From positions 5,270,001 to 5,334,000 of the forward strand of contig CATNEN010000038.1 of NCBI GenBank assembly GCA_950097015.1: a stretch of 64,000 nucleotides of DNA. The letters run 5' to 3'. The notes under the pieces were generated by a model. It ran no database searches, was not told the origin of the DNA, and saw only the letters and a program-made list of their open reading frames with translations. Shown piece after piece: positions 36,201-49,300 of this stretch (position 1 is its first letter; each line of letters opens with the position of its first letter). The DNA comes from Macrostomum hystrix. Its lineage: Eukaryota; Animalia; Platyhelminthes. The translations under genes were made by a program, and so were the position numbers.

Positions 36201-39200
36201 TGTCAAATAATCATCAGTTGATCTATCATAACTAGAAACTTTTGCGAATATTCAACAGGAGCCGGAGCGCCCACTTCACCTATCAGACGCTATGGACATC
36301 CTGATGGAGCACAAGCTGCTGAAGGAGTGCACCAGCCTGGCTTTGAACGCCCTGAAGCCGAACAGGCCGGAGGATGCTCGACTGCAGACGAAAATTCTAG
36401 AGATTAACATAAACGAAGCTCCACAGGTGTGTGCTTTTAACCTGCGGCATAATAGTATTTTAATATTAAGTACGAAATCTTCCGATTGTTAATGGAATCA
36501 AACGAAAATTAACGAAATTAAAAATTGAAATGTGTATAAAAAAATTGGTGACCTTCAAATTGTTAAACAATAACACAATAAATTCGCTTTTTGTAACAGA
36601 ATTAAATAATTCTAACGTGAAACAATGGCATTTAACGGAATGAAACTTTTTAACGGAAATTCACAGATTTAACGGAAATTCACCGATTTAACGGACTTCA
36701 ACAGTTTTTTTAAACTCAACAATTTTGCACATCATTAAAATCATTTTTAACATAATCAAATCAATTAATTAATTAAATCATTAAATCATTAATTTTTTTT
36801 CAACAGAAACTAAATCATTTTTTACGGAATTAAACCAATTTTAAACGGATACAACGATTTTAACTGAATTGACGACTTTTATTGTTATCAAAAATGTTAA
36901 GTCGAAGAACAATGGAAAGGAAAAGGAATATCGATGCGTGTTGGTTTCAAAAGGCTTCAGATAGCAAGCGTTTCAAAATTAACGGAAGTTAGTTTCTGCT
37001 CTCGGCAGGTAGCTGACGCCATCCTCGGCTCCGGGATGTTCAGCCACTATGACAGGCATCGGGTTGCCAGCCTGTGCGAGAAGGCCGGCCTGCTTCAGCG
37101 CGCTCTCGAGCACTACACGGACATGTACGACATTCGCCGTGCCATCGCCTCCGGCCAGGGATTGAATCCCGACTGGCTGATGCAGTACTTCGGCACTCTG
37201 AGCGCCGCGGACTCCTTGGAGTGCCTGCGAGCCATGCTGGCCGGAAATCTCAGACAGAACCTGCAGATCTGCGCCCAGATTGCTGCCAGGTGAGACTTGC
37301 TCCTTGACCCAATATTCTCCTTGACCCAATCTTCTCCTTGACCCAATCTGCTCCTTGACCCAATATTCTCCTTGACCCAATCTCCTCCTTGACCCAATCT
37401 CCTCCTTGACCCAATATTCTCCTTGACCCAATCTGCTCCTTGACCCAATCTGCTCCTTGACCCAATCTGCTCCTTGACCCAATCTGCTCCTTGACCCAAT
37501 CTGCTCCTTGACCCAATCTGCTCCTTGACCCAATCTCCTCCTTGACCCAATCTTCTCCTTGACCCAATCTTCTCCTTGACCCAATCTGCTCCTTGACCCA
37601 ATCTGCTCCTTGACCCAATCTGCTCCTTGACCCAATCTTCTCCTTGACCCAATCTTCTCCTTGACCCAATCTGCTCCTTGACCCAATCTGCTCCTTGACC
37701 CAATCTGCTCCTTGACCCAATCTTCTCCTTGACCCAATCTGCTCCTTGACCCAATCTGCTCCTTGACCCAATCTTCTCCTAGACCCAATCTCCTCCTTGA
37801 CCCAATCTTCTCCTTGACCCAATCTTCTCCTTGACCCAATATTCTCCTTGACCCAATCTTCTCCTTGACCCAATCTTCTCCTAGACCCAATCTCCTCCTT
37901 GACCCAATCTTCTCCTTGACCCAATCTTCTCCTGACCCAATCTTCTCCTTGACCCAATCTGCTCCTTGACCCAATCTTCTCCTTGACCCAATCTTCTCCT
38001 TGACCCAATCTGCTCCTTGACCCAATCTTCTCCTTGACCCAATCTTCTCCTTGACCCAATCTTCTCCTTGACCCAATTCTTCTTGACCCAATTACTCTTG
38101 ACCCAATTCTTTTTGACCCAAGTCTTCTTGACCCTATTATCATCGACCCAATTCTTCTTGACCCAATTTTTCTTGACCCATAATTCCTTTCGACTCCAAA
38201 TTTCCATGGACTCAATTCCACTCGCAGGTACCATGAGCAGCTGGGCACTGTGCAGCTGATTGACCTGTTTGAGTCCTTCAAATCTCCCGACGGAGTCCTG
38301 TACTACCTCGGCGGTGTCCTGGGCACGACCTCTGACCCGGAGGTGCACTTTCGCTACATCCAGGCTGCCTGCCGGGCCGGTCAGACCCAGGAGCTGGAGC
38401 GGGTCGTGCGCGAGTCCAGCGCCTACGAGCCGGAGAGGGTGAAAAATTTCCTCAAAGACGCCGGCCTCACCGACCAGCTGCCGCTGCTGATTCTGTGCGA
38501 CAGATTCGACTGCATCGGCGACCTGGTGCTGCACCTGTACCGCCAGCCGCAGCTGCACAAGTACCTGGAGATCTTCGTGCAGAAGGTTGGCGGATTCAAC
38601 TGCTCAATAAAACCATTTTGAGTCTAAGCAATTCTATACTCAAGTTCTCATTGACGCAAAGATTCAATCAGGAGAATCAGGAGATTCAAGAAAATCTCCT
38701 GACCCAAAATCTCCTGAGCCAAAATCTTCTGACCCAAAGTCTCCTGACCCAAAATCTTCTGACCCTAAATCTCCTGACCCAAAGTCTCCTGACCCAAAGT
38801 CTCCTGACCCAGACTCTCCTGACCCAGACTCTCCTGACCCAGACTCTTCTGACCCAAAGTCTCCTGACCCAAAATCTCTTGAGCCAAAATCTGGTGACCC
38901 AGGCTCACTACGATACCAACTCCCTGATCCCAACGTAGGTCAACCCGTCTCGCCTGCCAGCCGTGGTGGGGGCCCTCCTCGACCTGGACTGTCCGGAGGA
39001 CATTGTCCGTCAGCTCGTCAGCCTAGCCGGTACGGAGTTCTCCATAGAAGCTCTGGTTGAGGCTGCGGAGTCGCGCAACCGACTGCGCCTGCTCCAGTCG
39101 TGGCTGGAGTCCCGCGCGGGCCGAGGCGACACGCAGGCGGCGGTGCACAACGCCCTGGCCAAGATCTACATCGATGCCAACACCGGCGCTGAGAGATTTC

Positions 39201-42200
39201 TTCGAGACAATCAGCACTACGACTCCAGAGTGGTCGGCAAGTACACGGAGAAGCGCAATCCTAACCTGGCCGTGCTGGCCTACGAGAGAGGCGGCTGCGC
39301 TGACGACCTCATCAGGGTCTGCTGCGAGAACTCCTTCTTCAAAACTCTCGCCAGATTTCTGGTCAGGCGCAAAGACGAAGCCTTGTGGGCCAGTGTGCTC
39401 AACGAGCCCGGCGATCATCGGCGACAGCTCATTGATCAGGTAACCGAGAGTGTCTCTCCTGTCACTCTAATGTCACTCCTATGTCACTCCTGTCACTCTA
39501 GTGTCACTCTAAGCTCACTCCTGTCACTTTAGTGTCACTCTAACGTCACTCCTGTCACTCTTGTGTCACCCGAATGTCACTCCTATGTCACTCCTGTCAC
39601 TCTAATGTCACTCCTGCCACTCTAATGTCACTCTAGTGTTACTCTAATGTCACTCGAATGTCACTCTATAGTAATTGTCCTTATTCTCTCATTCTCATTA
39701 GAGTCATATTGTCACTCTACTGCCGCTCCTGTCACTCTCGTATCACCCCTGTCACTCTAGTGTCACACCTGTTTTTCCTGTCCCTCTAGTATATCGCTAC
39801 TGTCACTCTACTGTCACACCCTTCCTTCTCCTCGCTCAGGTGGTTCAAACCGCCCTGAGCGAGACAACAGACGCCGAGGAGATCTCAGCCACTGTCCGGG
39901 CCTTCATGCTGGCCGAGCTGCCCAACCACCTGCTGGAGCTGCTGGAGAAAATTGTGCTTGACAGCAGCGTCTTCTCGGAGCACCGCAACCTGCAGAACCT
40001 GCTGATCCTCACCGCCATCAAGGCCGACAAGTCCCGCGTGATGGACTATGTCACCAAGCTGGACAACTATGACGGCCCCGAGGTAGCAAAGCTGGCTGTG
40101 TCAGCCCAGCTGTACGAGGAGGCCTTCACCATCTACGTCAAGTTTCGATCGAATCTGGCCGCTGCTCGCGTGCTGATTGATCACGTGAGTGTATGCACTT
40201 TTAGAGGTTTTTTATTACCTAGGTCGTTGGGCACAGATGTAGATTCATGTACATTCTCCACTGCTCTGATTCGTCTTGTAACCCACCTCAATATAAATAT
40301 TGAAGCTTGGCAGTTAGCGGCCTTTTCGTCCACCACTAAATTGAGACTCTACAGGTCCCACTGTGGATCACCTAGGTCATTGGTCATCTTGTGGATCACA
40401 ATGGTCATTGGTCATCTTGTGGATCACAATGGTCATTGGTCATCTTGTGGATCACAATGGTCATTGGTCATCTTGTGGATCACAATGGTCATTGGTCCCA
40501 CTGTGGGTCATTGGTCATCTTGTGAATCACAATGGTCATTGGTCATCATGTGGATCACAATGGTCATTGGTCATTATGTGGATCACAATGGTCATTGGTC
40601 ATTATGTGGATCACAATGGTCATTGGTCATTATGTGGATCACAATGGTCATTGGTCCCACTGTGAGTCATTGGTCATCTTGTGAATCACAATGGTCATTG
40701 GTCATCATGTGGATCACATTGGTCATTGGTCATTATGTGGATCACAATGGTCATTGGTCATTATGTGGATCACAATGGTCATTGGTCCCACTGTGAGTCA
40801 TTGGTCATCTTGTGAATCACAATGGTCATTGGTCATCTTGTGAATCACAATGGTCATTGGTCATCATGTGGATCACATTGGTCATTGGTCATTATGTGGA
40901 TCACAATGGTCATTGGTCCCACTGTGAGTCATTGGTCCCACTGTGAGTCATTGGTCATCTTGTGAATCACAATGGTCATTGGTCATCATGTGGATCACAA
41001 TGGTCATTGGTCATCATGTGGATCACAATGGTCATTGGTCATCATGTGGATCACAATGGTCATTGGTCATTATGTGGATCACAATGGTCATTGGTCCCAC
41101 TGTGGGTCATCAAGGTCATTGGTCACATTGTGGGTCACAATGCTCATTGGTCACATTGTGGGTCACTAAATTTTTTGGTCACACCGTGGGTCACCCAAAT
41201 CCTTCCGAACCCGCAGATGTCGGACCTAAATCGAGCTCGCGACTTCGCCGAGCGTTGCAACGAGCCAGCCGTCTGGTCGCTGCTCGGCTTGGCTCTGTTG
41301 AAGTCGCGCCAACTCGAAGCCTCCGTCGACGCCCTGCTGCGCGCCAACGATCCGTCGCTCTACCGCGAAATGTCGGCCGCCTGCGCGGAGCTGTCGGACT
41401 GGGGCACCCTGGTTCGCTACCTCACCCTGGCCAGGCAGTGCCGCGAGCCGTTTGTTGACAGTGAGCTAATGTTCGGCCTGGCCAAGACTGCCCGACTGTC
41501 CGAGCTGGATCGGATGCTGTCCGAGCCGAACTCGGCCAACGTGTCGGCTGTGGCCGATCGCTGCTACGCCGAGGGTCTGTACGACGCCGCCCGCAGGCTG
41601 TACGAAAGCGTCTCCAGCTATGCCAAGCTGGCAGCCACGCTGGCCCGCCTGCGCGACTATTCGGCGGCTGTTGAAGCAGCTCGCAAGGCCAATTCAACAG
41701 CCACCTGGCGCGATCTTTGCCGGATCTGCGTTGAAACTGGCGAACTGTCGCTAGCCCAGACCTGCGGCCTCTGCCTGCTGGGCGACGCTGATCAACTGGA
41801 GCAGTTGGTGAGCTTCTACGAGTCGAAGGGCCTGTTCTCCGAGGCGCTGTCTCTCCTGGAGGCTGGCCTGGGAACGGACAAAGCTCACATGGGTGTGTAC
41901 ACTGAGCTGGCCGTGCTGTACACCAAGTACCGGCCGGCGAAGCTTAGAGACTACTTGGAGCTCTTCTGGTCCCGGCTGAACATTCCGCGCGTGATTCGCG
42001 CCGCCGAAGCCGCCCACATGTGGTCCGAGGCGGTGCTGCTGTACGACAAGTACGAGGAGCACGACAGCGCCGCCCTGACGATGATGCGCCACCCAACCGA
42101 GTGCTGGCGCGAGGCCCTCTTCAAGGAGACTGTGTCTAAGTGTGCCAACGCCGAGGTCTTCTACAAGGCGCTGCACTTTTATCTGGAGTTTAAGCCGCTG

Positions 42201-45200
42201 TCTGTCAACGATCTGCTCATGGTGCGTCCATAGCAACTGGTTGCTATGTTGGGGTAGATAGACTCAGATGGGGTAGAAAGACTCAGATGGGGTAGATAGA
42301 CTCATGATATGGTAGATAGACTCAGATCGGGGTTGGGTAGATAGACTCAGATGGGGTAGATAGACTCAGATGGGGTAGATAGACTCAGATGGGGTAGATA
42401 GACTCATGATATGGTAGATAGACTCAGATCGGGGTTGGGTAGATAGACTCAGATGGGGTAGATAGACTCACATAGTGGGTAGATAAAGCTACATCGGGGT
42501 AGATAGAGCCACAGGGGGATAGATAGAGCCACAGGGGGTAGATAGAGCCACAGGGGGGTAGATAGAGCCACAGGGGGGTAGATAGAGCCACAGGGGGGTA
42601 GATAGAGCCACAGGGGGGTAGATAGAGCCACAAGGGGAGGTAGAGCCACAGGGGGGTAGATAGAGCCACAGGGGGGTAGATAGAGCCACAGGGGGGTAGA
42701 TAGAGCCACAGGGGGGTAGATAGAGCCACAGGGGGAGGTAGAGCCACAGGGGGGTAGATAGAGCCACAGGGGGTAGATAGAGCCACAAGGGGAGGTAGAG
42801 CCACAGGGGGGTAGATAGAGCCACAGGGGGAGGTAGATATACCCAAGCTAGCAAGACAAGAATAAATCAACGGTAGATTTGCATGACAAAAAGAACCACA
42901 ATTGCTAATTACAGACTCTGACTCCGCGACTCGATCACAGCCGGGTTGTGTCGATCTTGAATAGGCAGAACAGATTGGCCCTGGCCAAGTCCTACCTGAA
43001 AGCTGTGCAACCAACTGCTAATAATCGTCAGGTAATTTCCTTATTGCTGTTTTTCATAGTTTTATATTTGTTTTGTTTGTTTTTCATGGCAGCGAAGACA
43101 GTGTGCTGGTTTGCGTGTATATTTATACGAAGTAAACCGGCGCAGGATTAAGGGGCCTAGGGAGGTGCGAAGAAGCGGCGTGACAGTCTTCGCCAGACAC
43201 TCCGGCTTAGCGAGCCGGCTCGGTGCACCAAGCCCACCTGAACTAGACTGAGGTTGGGTGGGGTTTGAGTGCAGCTGCACCGGCGTATTGTGTGGCCGCC
43301 ACACTCCCCCCAGCACCGAGCTAGGCCCGAACGTTGCTGTGCTGAGGAGCGGGCGCCGAAGGCAGCAGGTGCTGGCGCCGAAGGCAGCAGGTGCATTCGC
43401 TGAAGGCAGAGAGGCACCGGGCGGGCGCCGAAGGCAGCAGGTGCATTCGCTGAAGGCAGAGAGGCACCGGGCGGGCGCCGAAGGCAGCAGGTGCATTCGC
43501 TGAAGGCAGAGAGGCACCGGGCGGGCGCCGAAGGCAGCAGGTGCATTCGCTGAAGGCAGAGAGGCACCGGGCGGGCGCCGAAGGCAGCAGGTGCATTCGC
43601 TGAAGGCAGAGAGGCACCGGGCGGGCGCCGAAGGCAGCAGGTGCATTCGCTGAAGGCAGAGAGGCACCGGGCGGGCGCCGAAGGCAGCAGGTGCATTCGC
43701 CGAAGGCAGAGGGGCACCGGGCGGGCGCCGAAGGCAGCAGGTGCATTCGCCGAAGGCAGAGAGGCACCGGGCGGGCGCCGAAGGCAGCAGGTGCATTCGC
43801 CGAAGGCAGAGAGACACCGGGCGGGTGCCGAAAGCAGCAGGTGCTGGCGCCGAAGGCAGCAGGTGCTGGTGCCGAAGGCAGCAGGTGCATTCGCCGAAGG
43901 CAGAGAGGCACCGGGCGGGCGCCGAAGGCAGCAGGTGCAATCGCCAAAGGCAGAGAGGCACCGGGCGGGCGCCGAAGGCAGCAGGGATGCCAAGCAGGCG
44001 CCGAAAACCAATCAACAGTCAGTTGACGCCAAGAAGCGGGTCGATGCACCTGCGCACCTCAACTAGACTAAAGTTAAGGGGCCGGTCGCGTATTGTCTGG
44101 CCGCCACAGTACTCTTAAATCAGCTACGCCATTATGTACTTTTGAGCTAGCTTTTAACTTTCTGTTTATTTTAAGGTTGGTTTCCTCTTTTTATCTAATT
44201 TGAGTGTGTAGTTTTAAACCATTTGGCTTTGTACTCGTACTAATTCTAAATCTGGTAGCTAAGAACTTTTAAATCAGGTTTGTGGCTTACTTACATCTAG
44301 TTTGTGTGTAAATTAAATTCTGGTTTAAAACCTTTAAATCCAGGTCAACGACGCTCTGAACGGGCTGTACATAGTCGAAGAAGACTACGCCAGCCTGCGC
44401 CAGTCAGTTGAGCAGTTCACCAACATCGACTCGCTGATCCTCGCCCAGCAGTTGGAGCATCACGAGCTCCTAGAATTTCGCCGAATTTCGGCGCTGCTTT
44501 ATAGACAGAACGGTCGGTTTGACCGCTGCCTGGACATCTGCAAGACTGACGCACTGCATCAGGTTTTTATCCTCTCTTTTTTCTAAAAAAACTATTACGC
44601 TCCTTACTCTCCGCGCGCACGCTTTGATTTTTGGTGTCTCGTGTAGCCGTTTGGACCTCTCCCATTGGCTGAGGCGCCTAGGAGCTTTCTCATCGGCTGG
44701 AAAGATTTAGCAGGCGGAGTCGTTGTGGGCGTGTGGCCAAAACTGTCACGGAAAAACCGTGGAAATTCCGGCCACAGTTTCTCCGATACTGACACCCTAA
44801 GACTCCAACTAATTACCTAAATAATTTAATAGACTCTAATCTAAGCCACACTGCAACGAGATCATATTACAAATCGTTATTTTTATAGGATCATAAAAGT
44901 ACAAACGCGCCCCAAACCGCTCAGGACGCAATGCTGTACGCGGCCGAGTCGCGCGACCCGTCGCTGGCCTGCGCCCTCCTCGACTGGTTCCTGCAGCGTG
45001 GCGATGCTGACTGCTACGCGGCCTGCCTGTACCGCTGCTACGACCTGCTCCGGCCCGATGTGGTACTCGAGCTGGCCTGGCGACACGGACTCACAGACAA
45101 AACCATGCCCTACCTGGTGCAGGTCCTGCATGAGTACACTAACAAGGTACCCACAGCTTGCAAGTGTGTACCCACAGCCTGCCACTATGTACCCACCCAC

Positions 45201-46932
45201 AGCCTGCCACTGTGTACCCACCCACAGCCTGCCACTGTGTACCCATCTACAGCCTGCCACTGTGTACCCACCCACAGCCTGCCACTGTGTACCCACCCAC
45301 AGCCTCCCGGTGTGTACTCACCCACAGCCTCCCGGTGTGTACTCACCCACAGCCTCCCGGTGTGTACTCACCCACAGCCTCCCGGTGTGTACCCGCCCAC
45401 AGCCTCTCGGTGTGTACCCACCCACAGCCTCCCGGTGTGTACCCACCCACAGCCTGCCACTGTGTACCCACCCACAGCCTCCCGGTGTGTACCCACCCAC
45501 AGCCTCCCACTGTGTACTCACCCACAGCCTCCCGGTGTGTACCCACCCACAGCCTGCCACTGTGTACCCACCCACAGCCTCCCACTGTGTACCCACCCAC
45601 AGCCTGCCACTGTGTACTCACCCACAGCCTCCCGGTGTGTACCCACCCACAGCCTGCCACTGTGTACCCACCCACAGCCTCCCACTGTGTACCCACCCAC
45701 AGCCTGCCACTGTGTACTCACTCACAGCCTGCCACTGTGTACCCACCCTCAGCCTGCCACTGTGTACCCACCCACAGCCTGCCACTGTGTACCCACCCAC
45801 AGCCTGCCACTGTGTACCCACCCACAGCCTGCCACTGTGTACTCACCCACAGCCTGCCGGTGTGTACCCACCCACAGCCTGCCACTGTGTACCCACCCAC
45901 AGCCTGCCACTGTGTACCCACCCACAGCCTGCCACTGTGTACCCACCCACAGCCTGCCACTGTGTACCCACCCACAGCCTCCCGGTGTGTACCCACCCAC
46001 AGCCTGCCACTGTGTACCCACCCACAGCCTGCCACTGTGTACCCACCCACAGCCTCCCGGTGTGTACCCACCCACAGCCTGCCACTGTGTACCCACCCAC
46101 AGCCTGCCACTGTGTACCCACCCACAGCCTGCCACTGTGTACCCACCCACAGCCTGCCACTGTGTACCCACCCACAGCCTGCCACTGTGTACCCACCCAC
46201 AGCCTCCCACTGTGTACCCACCCACAGCCTGCCACTGTGTACCCACCCACAGCCTGCCACTGTGTACCCACCCACAGCCTGCCACTGTGTACCCACCCAC
46301 AGCCTGCCACTGTGTACCCACCCACAGCCTGCCACTGTGTACCCACCCACAGCCTGCCACTGTGTACCCACCCACAGCCTGCCACTGTGTACCCACCCAC
46401 AGCCTCCCACTGTGTATTCACAGCTGCCAGTTAATTAAGCATTAATTGTTAGTTTCTAATTGACTCAATTCAATCCGCCGCAGGTTGACGAAGTCTGCGA
46501 AGAACTTCGCCAACTCAAAGGTGCTCAAGGTGGAGGCCAGCTGCAGCGTGAGTCAACTCAATTTCTCTATGCGGAGTCGCTACGCTAGTTTTCTTAATTT
46601 AAAGTGAGTCGCATCTCAAAAACTCTTCAAATTCTCCAGGCGAGCCCATGCTGATGATCGCTCCGGCTGTTGTTCAGCAGCCGCCTTCGCCGACCTTCAG
46701 CTATCAGCAGCAGCAGCAGCCAGCCCGGCTGCCGCCTCAATCCCTGCCGACACCGGCGCCGCCGCGACCGCCCACGGCAGCTTCGCCGTCATCGCCCAGC
46801 GCCGCTAAGCCGAAGCCCCCTGTGCCGCCGCCGCCGTCTCCGACGCCTCCGTCGTCATCAGCCGGCGTCGGCGGTGGCCGGGTGTCGCCGGCCGGACCTC
46901 CTGGCAGGCCGCCGCCTCCGCAGCATCGCTGA
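30207..46932 (+). CDS. CLTC: Clathrin heavy chain (divergent), 17 coding exons, 1,740 aa
   Basis: Exons: 30207-30275, 31687-31878, 31962-32197, 32490-32994, 33209-33445, 33885-34295, 36259-36426, 37009-37289, 38228-38585, 38939-39439, 39840-40184, 41217-42221, 42915-43031, 44344-44562, 44925-45146, 46484-46547, 46640-46932. All GT-AG; total 5,223 nt in frame. Hallmarks [136 protein letters not shown]. Confidence 0.96.
30299..30902. repeat. Tandem duplication of a ~305-bp AT-rich segment in CHC intron 1
   Basis: AAAATTCAGCTTTGAGGCTA...CAAGTCTGACATTG..AATT.GATGATA occurs at ~30299-30598 and again at ~30604-30902, with scattered substitutions. Confidence 0.9.
34385..35842. mobile_element. Non-autonomous TIR element (MITE-like) in CHC intron 6
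   Basis: ~50-bp imperfect inverted repeats: CCGAGGACCACTAGAAGAAGGAC..CTTCGTTTCTAGGAAAGAATTT (34385-34435) and AAATTTTCCAAGAAACGAAG..GTCCTTCTTCTACTAGTGGTCCTTGG (35791-35842). AT-rich non-coding interior; TSD unclear (ATAAAG/ATAATG). Confidence 0.7.
34519..35119 (+). mobile_element. tRNA-derived SINE-like insertion nested in the TIR element
   Basis: GC-rich 600-bp block flanked by a 34-bp direct repeat (34485-34518 and 35120-35153, 33/34 identical). Pol III A-box-like TGGGTCAGCGG (34541-34551) and B-box GTTCGATTC (34586-34594). Confidence 0.68.
37298..38180. repeat. 17-bp minisatellite in CHC intron 8
   Basis: About 50 copies of CTCCTTGACCCAATCT(G/T/C). Confidence 0.97.
38690..38901. repeat. 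15-bp minisatellite in CHC intron 9
   Basis: About 14 copies of AAATCTCCTGACCCA variants. Confidence 0.95.
39458..39820. repeat. Degenerate TGTCACTC-based 10-12-bp repeat in CHC intron 10
   Basis: Recurrent TGTCACTC(C/TAA/TAG). Confidence 0.9.
40354..41195. repeat. 28-bp minisatellite in CHC intron 11
   Basis: GGTCATTGGTCATCTTGTGGATCACAAT, interspersed with a shorter GGTCCCACTGTGAGTCATT variant. Confidence 0.95.
42250..42840. repeat. 19-20-bp G-rich minisatellite in CHC intron 12
   Basis: GGGGTAGATAGACTCAGAT grading into GGGGGGTAGATAGAGCCACA. Confidence 0.95.
43351..43985. repeat. 50-bp GC-rich minisatellite in CHC intron 13
   Basis: AAGGCAGCAGGTGCATTCGCTGAAGGCAGAGAGGCACCGGGCGGGCGCCG, about 12 copies, near-perfect in the centre. 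Confidence 0.96.
45147..46420. repeat. 25-bp minisatellite filling CHC intron 15
   Basis: About 50 copies of GTACCCACCCACAGCCTGCCACTGT, beginning at the splice donor. Confidence 0.97.
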
Positions 46933-48068
46933 ATTTGAATCTGGAAGGCCGAATCGCACAGACAATGGACTCCAGGGCCCAGCAGGGGTCCCGCATTCTC
47001 TTATTTTCACAAACTGAATATTAAATTTAGCACTCCAACTTTATATACTACTTGTTAGTAGAAGATTCGCATTGAATTCCTCAGCTTTACACATTTTTAC
47101 GCAGCTTGTTGTGTCTAGTCGGCAGTCCAGTTATTGTTATCCAATGTCTATTTAGCTTACAAATTTATCAAATCAAGCAAATTTTCTCTTGCCCTAAACA
47201 GTTTTTTAGAATCTTGGAATCTCACAGCGAAAGTACAGCTTATTCCTTTTCCAAATCTCACTTTTTATCCATCCATTTTTTGATGTACTACTGCTAGTAC
47301 TATGAATTTCTCCAACGAGTTTCCGATCTCAAAATTCCTTAGCAGTGATTCACTCCTTTATTCTTTTTTTATTTTTTTGTCTTTTTGTTTTTTTTGTTTT
47401 ATTCACACTTCTTGGATTAATTCTTTTTGTAACATTCGTTTTGTTGATTTTGTTTCCTAGAAAGTGCGCTCCGTTTTGTTTTACTGCAATATAATTTTGG
47501 TGCCGTGCGTTTTTACGGTAACCGAAAATTTCCGGCATAATATTAGATTAGACTTTGACATCCTCATTCTCCATCATCTAGATATTAAAGTACATGTAAA
47601 AACACCATTTCTGATCAATTATCTTGCTCAGACAAGTATTATAAACTTTCTAAAACGCATAAGAACTGGAAATATTAGTTTTTTGTTTGAATAGAGAAGT
47701 GTCGTACTCAGTTATTTATTAATAATGTACTGCCTAGGATATTTGCTTATATTAGATTTTAGTTTAATTTAGCTAATTAAGTTTCACTAACAAGATCAAT
47801 TAACTATTTCGTACTAAACGAATTTTTATCTGTAGATTATACTTATTTCTTATCCAAGCGGCTATTTTAGTAACTCCAGCACTTCTCATTCACCTAGACG
47901 TACAGCTGTCATTAAAATGATTCATAAATGCACTAATGTCCCAGCTGTTACATTATAAATTATACTTTTAGTCTGGCCGTGAGCTGCAGAATGCTATCTT
48001 AGACATTTTCAAGTCAGAAAGATTCATGAGCCTTCAGTGGGCTTTCTTGTTCTTTTCTTTTGTTTACT

Positions 48069-49027
<959 letters not shown>

Positions 49028-49228
49028 ACCAAGGTACCTTGTACGAAAAGTATGCTTGTTACTAGACGATGAATGCTACAACCACACAGACGAAAGGATT
49101 CAGGACTGGATCTTTTAGAAACTTTTGTTCAAAAAGATTTTCTTGACAGACGAATCAACTACGAGCGTAAGTGCATATGCAAAGAAAAGAAAATTCATCG
49201 AAAATTGATGGCTTTTGTGCCTTGTGTC

Positions 49229-49300
49229 GGGGGGTCGCTGGCATAGCAGTTAACGCCTTGGCCCCTTGCGCCAAAGTCCCTAAGTTCGATTCCGCCTAGG
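49229..49300 (+). mobile_element. tRNA-like SINE head or tRNA pseudogene
   Basis: A-box TGGCATAGCAG (49239-49249) and B-box GTTCGATTCC (49284-49293) at tRNA-like spacing; similar layout to the head at 34534-34600. Confidence 0.6.
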
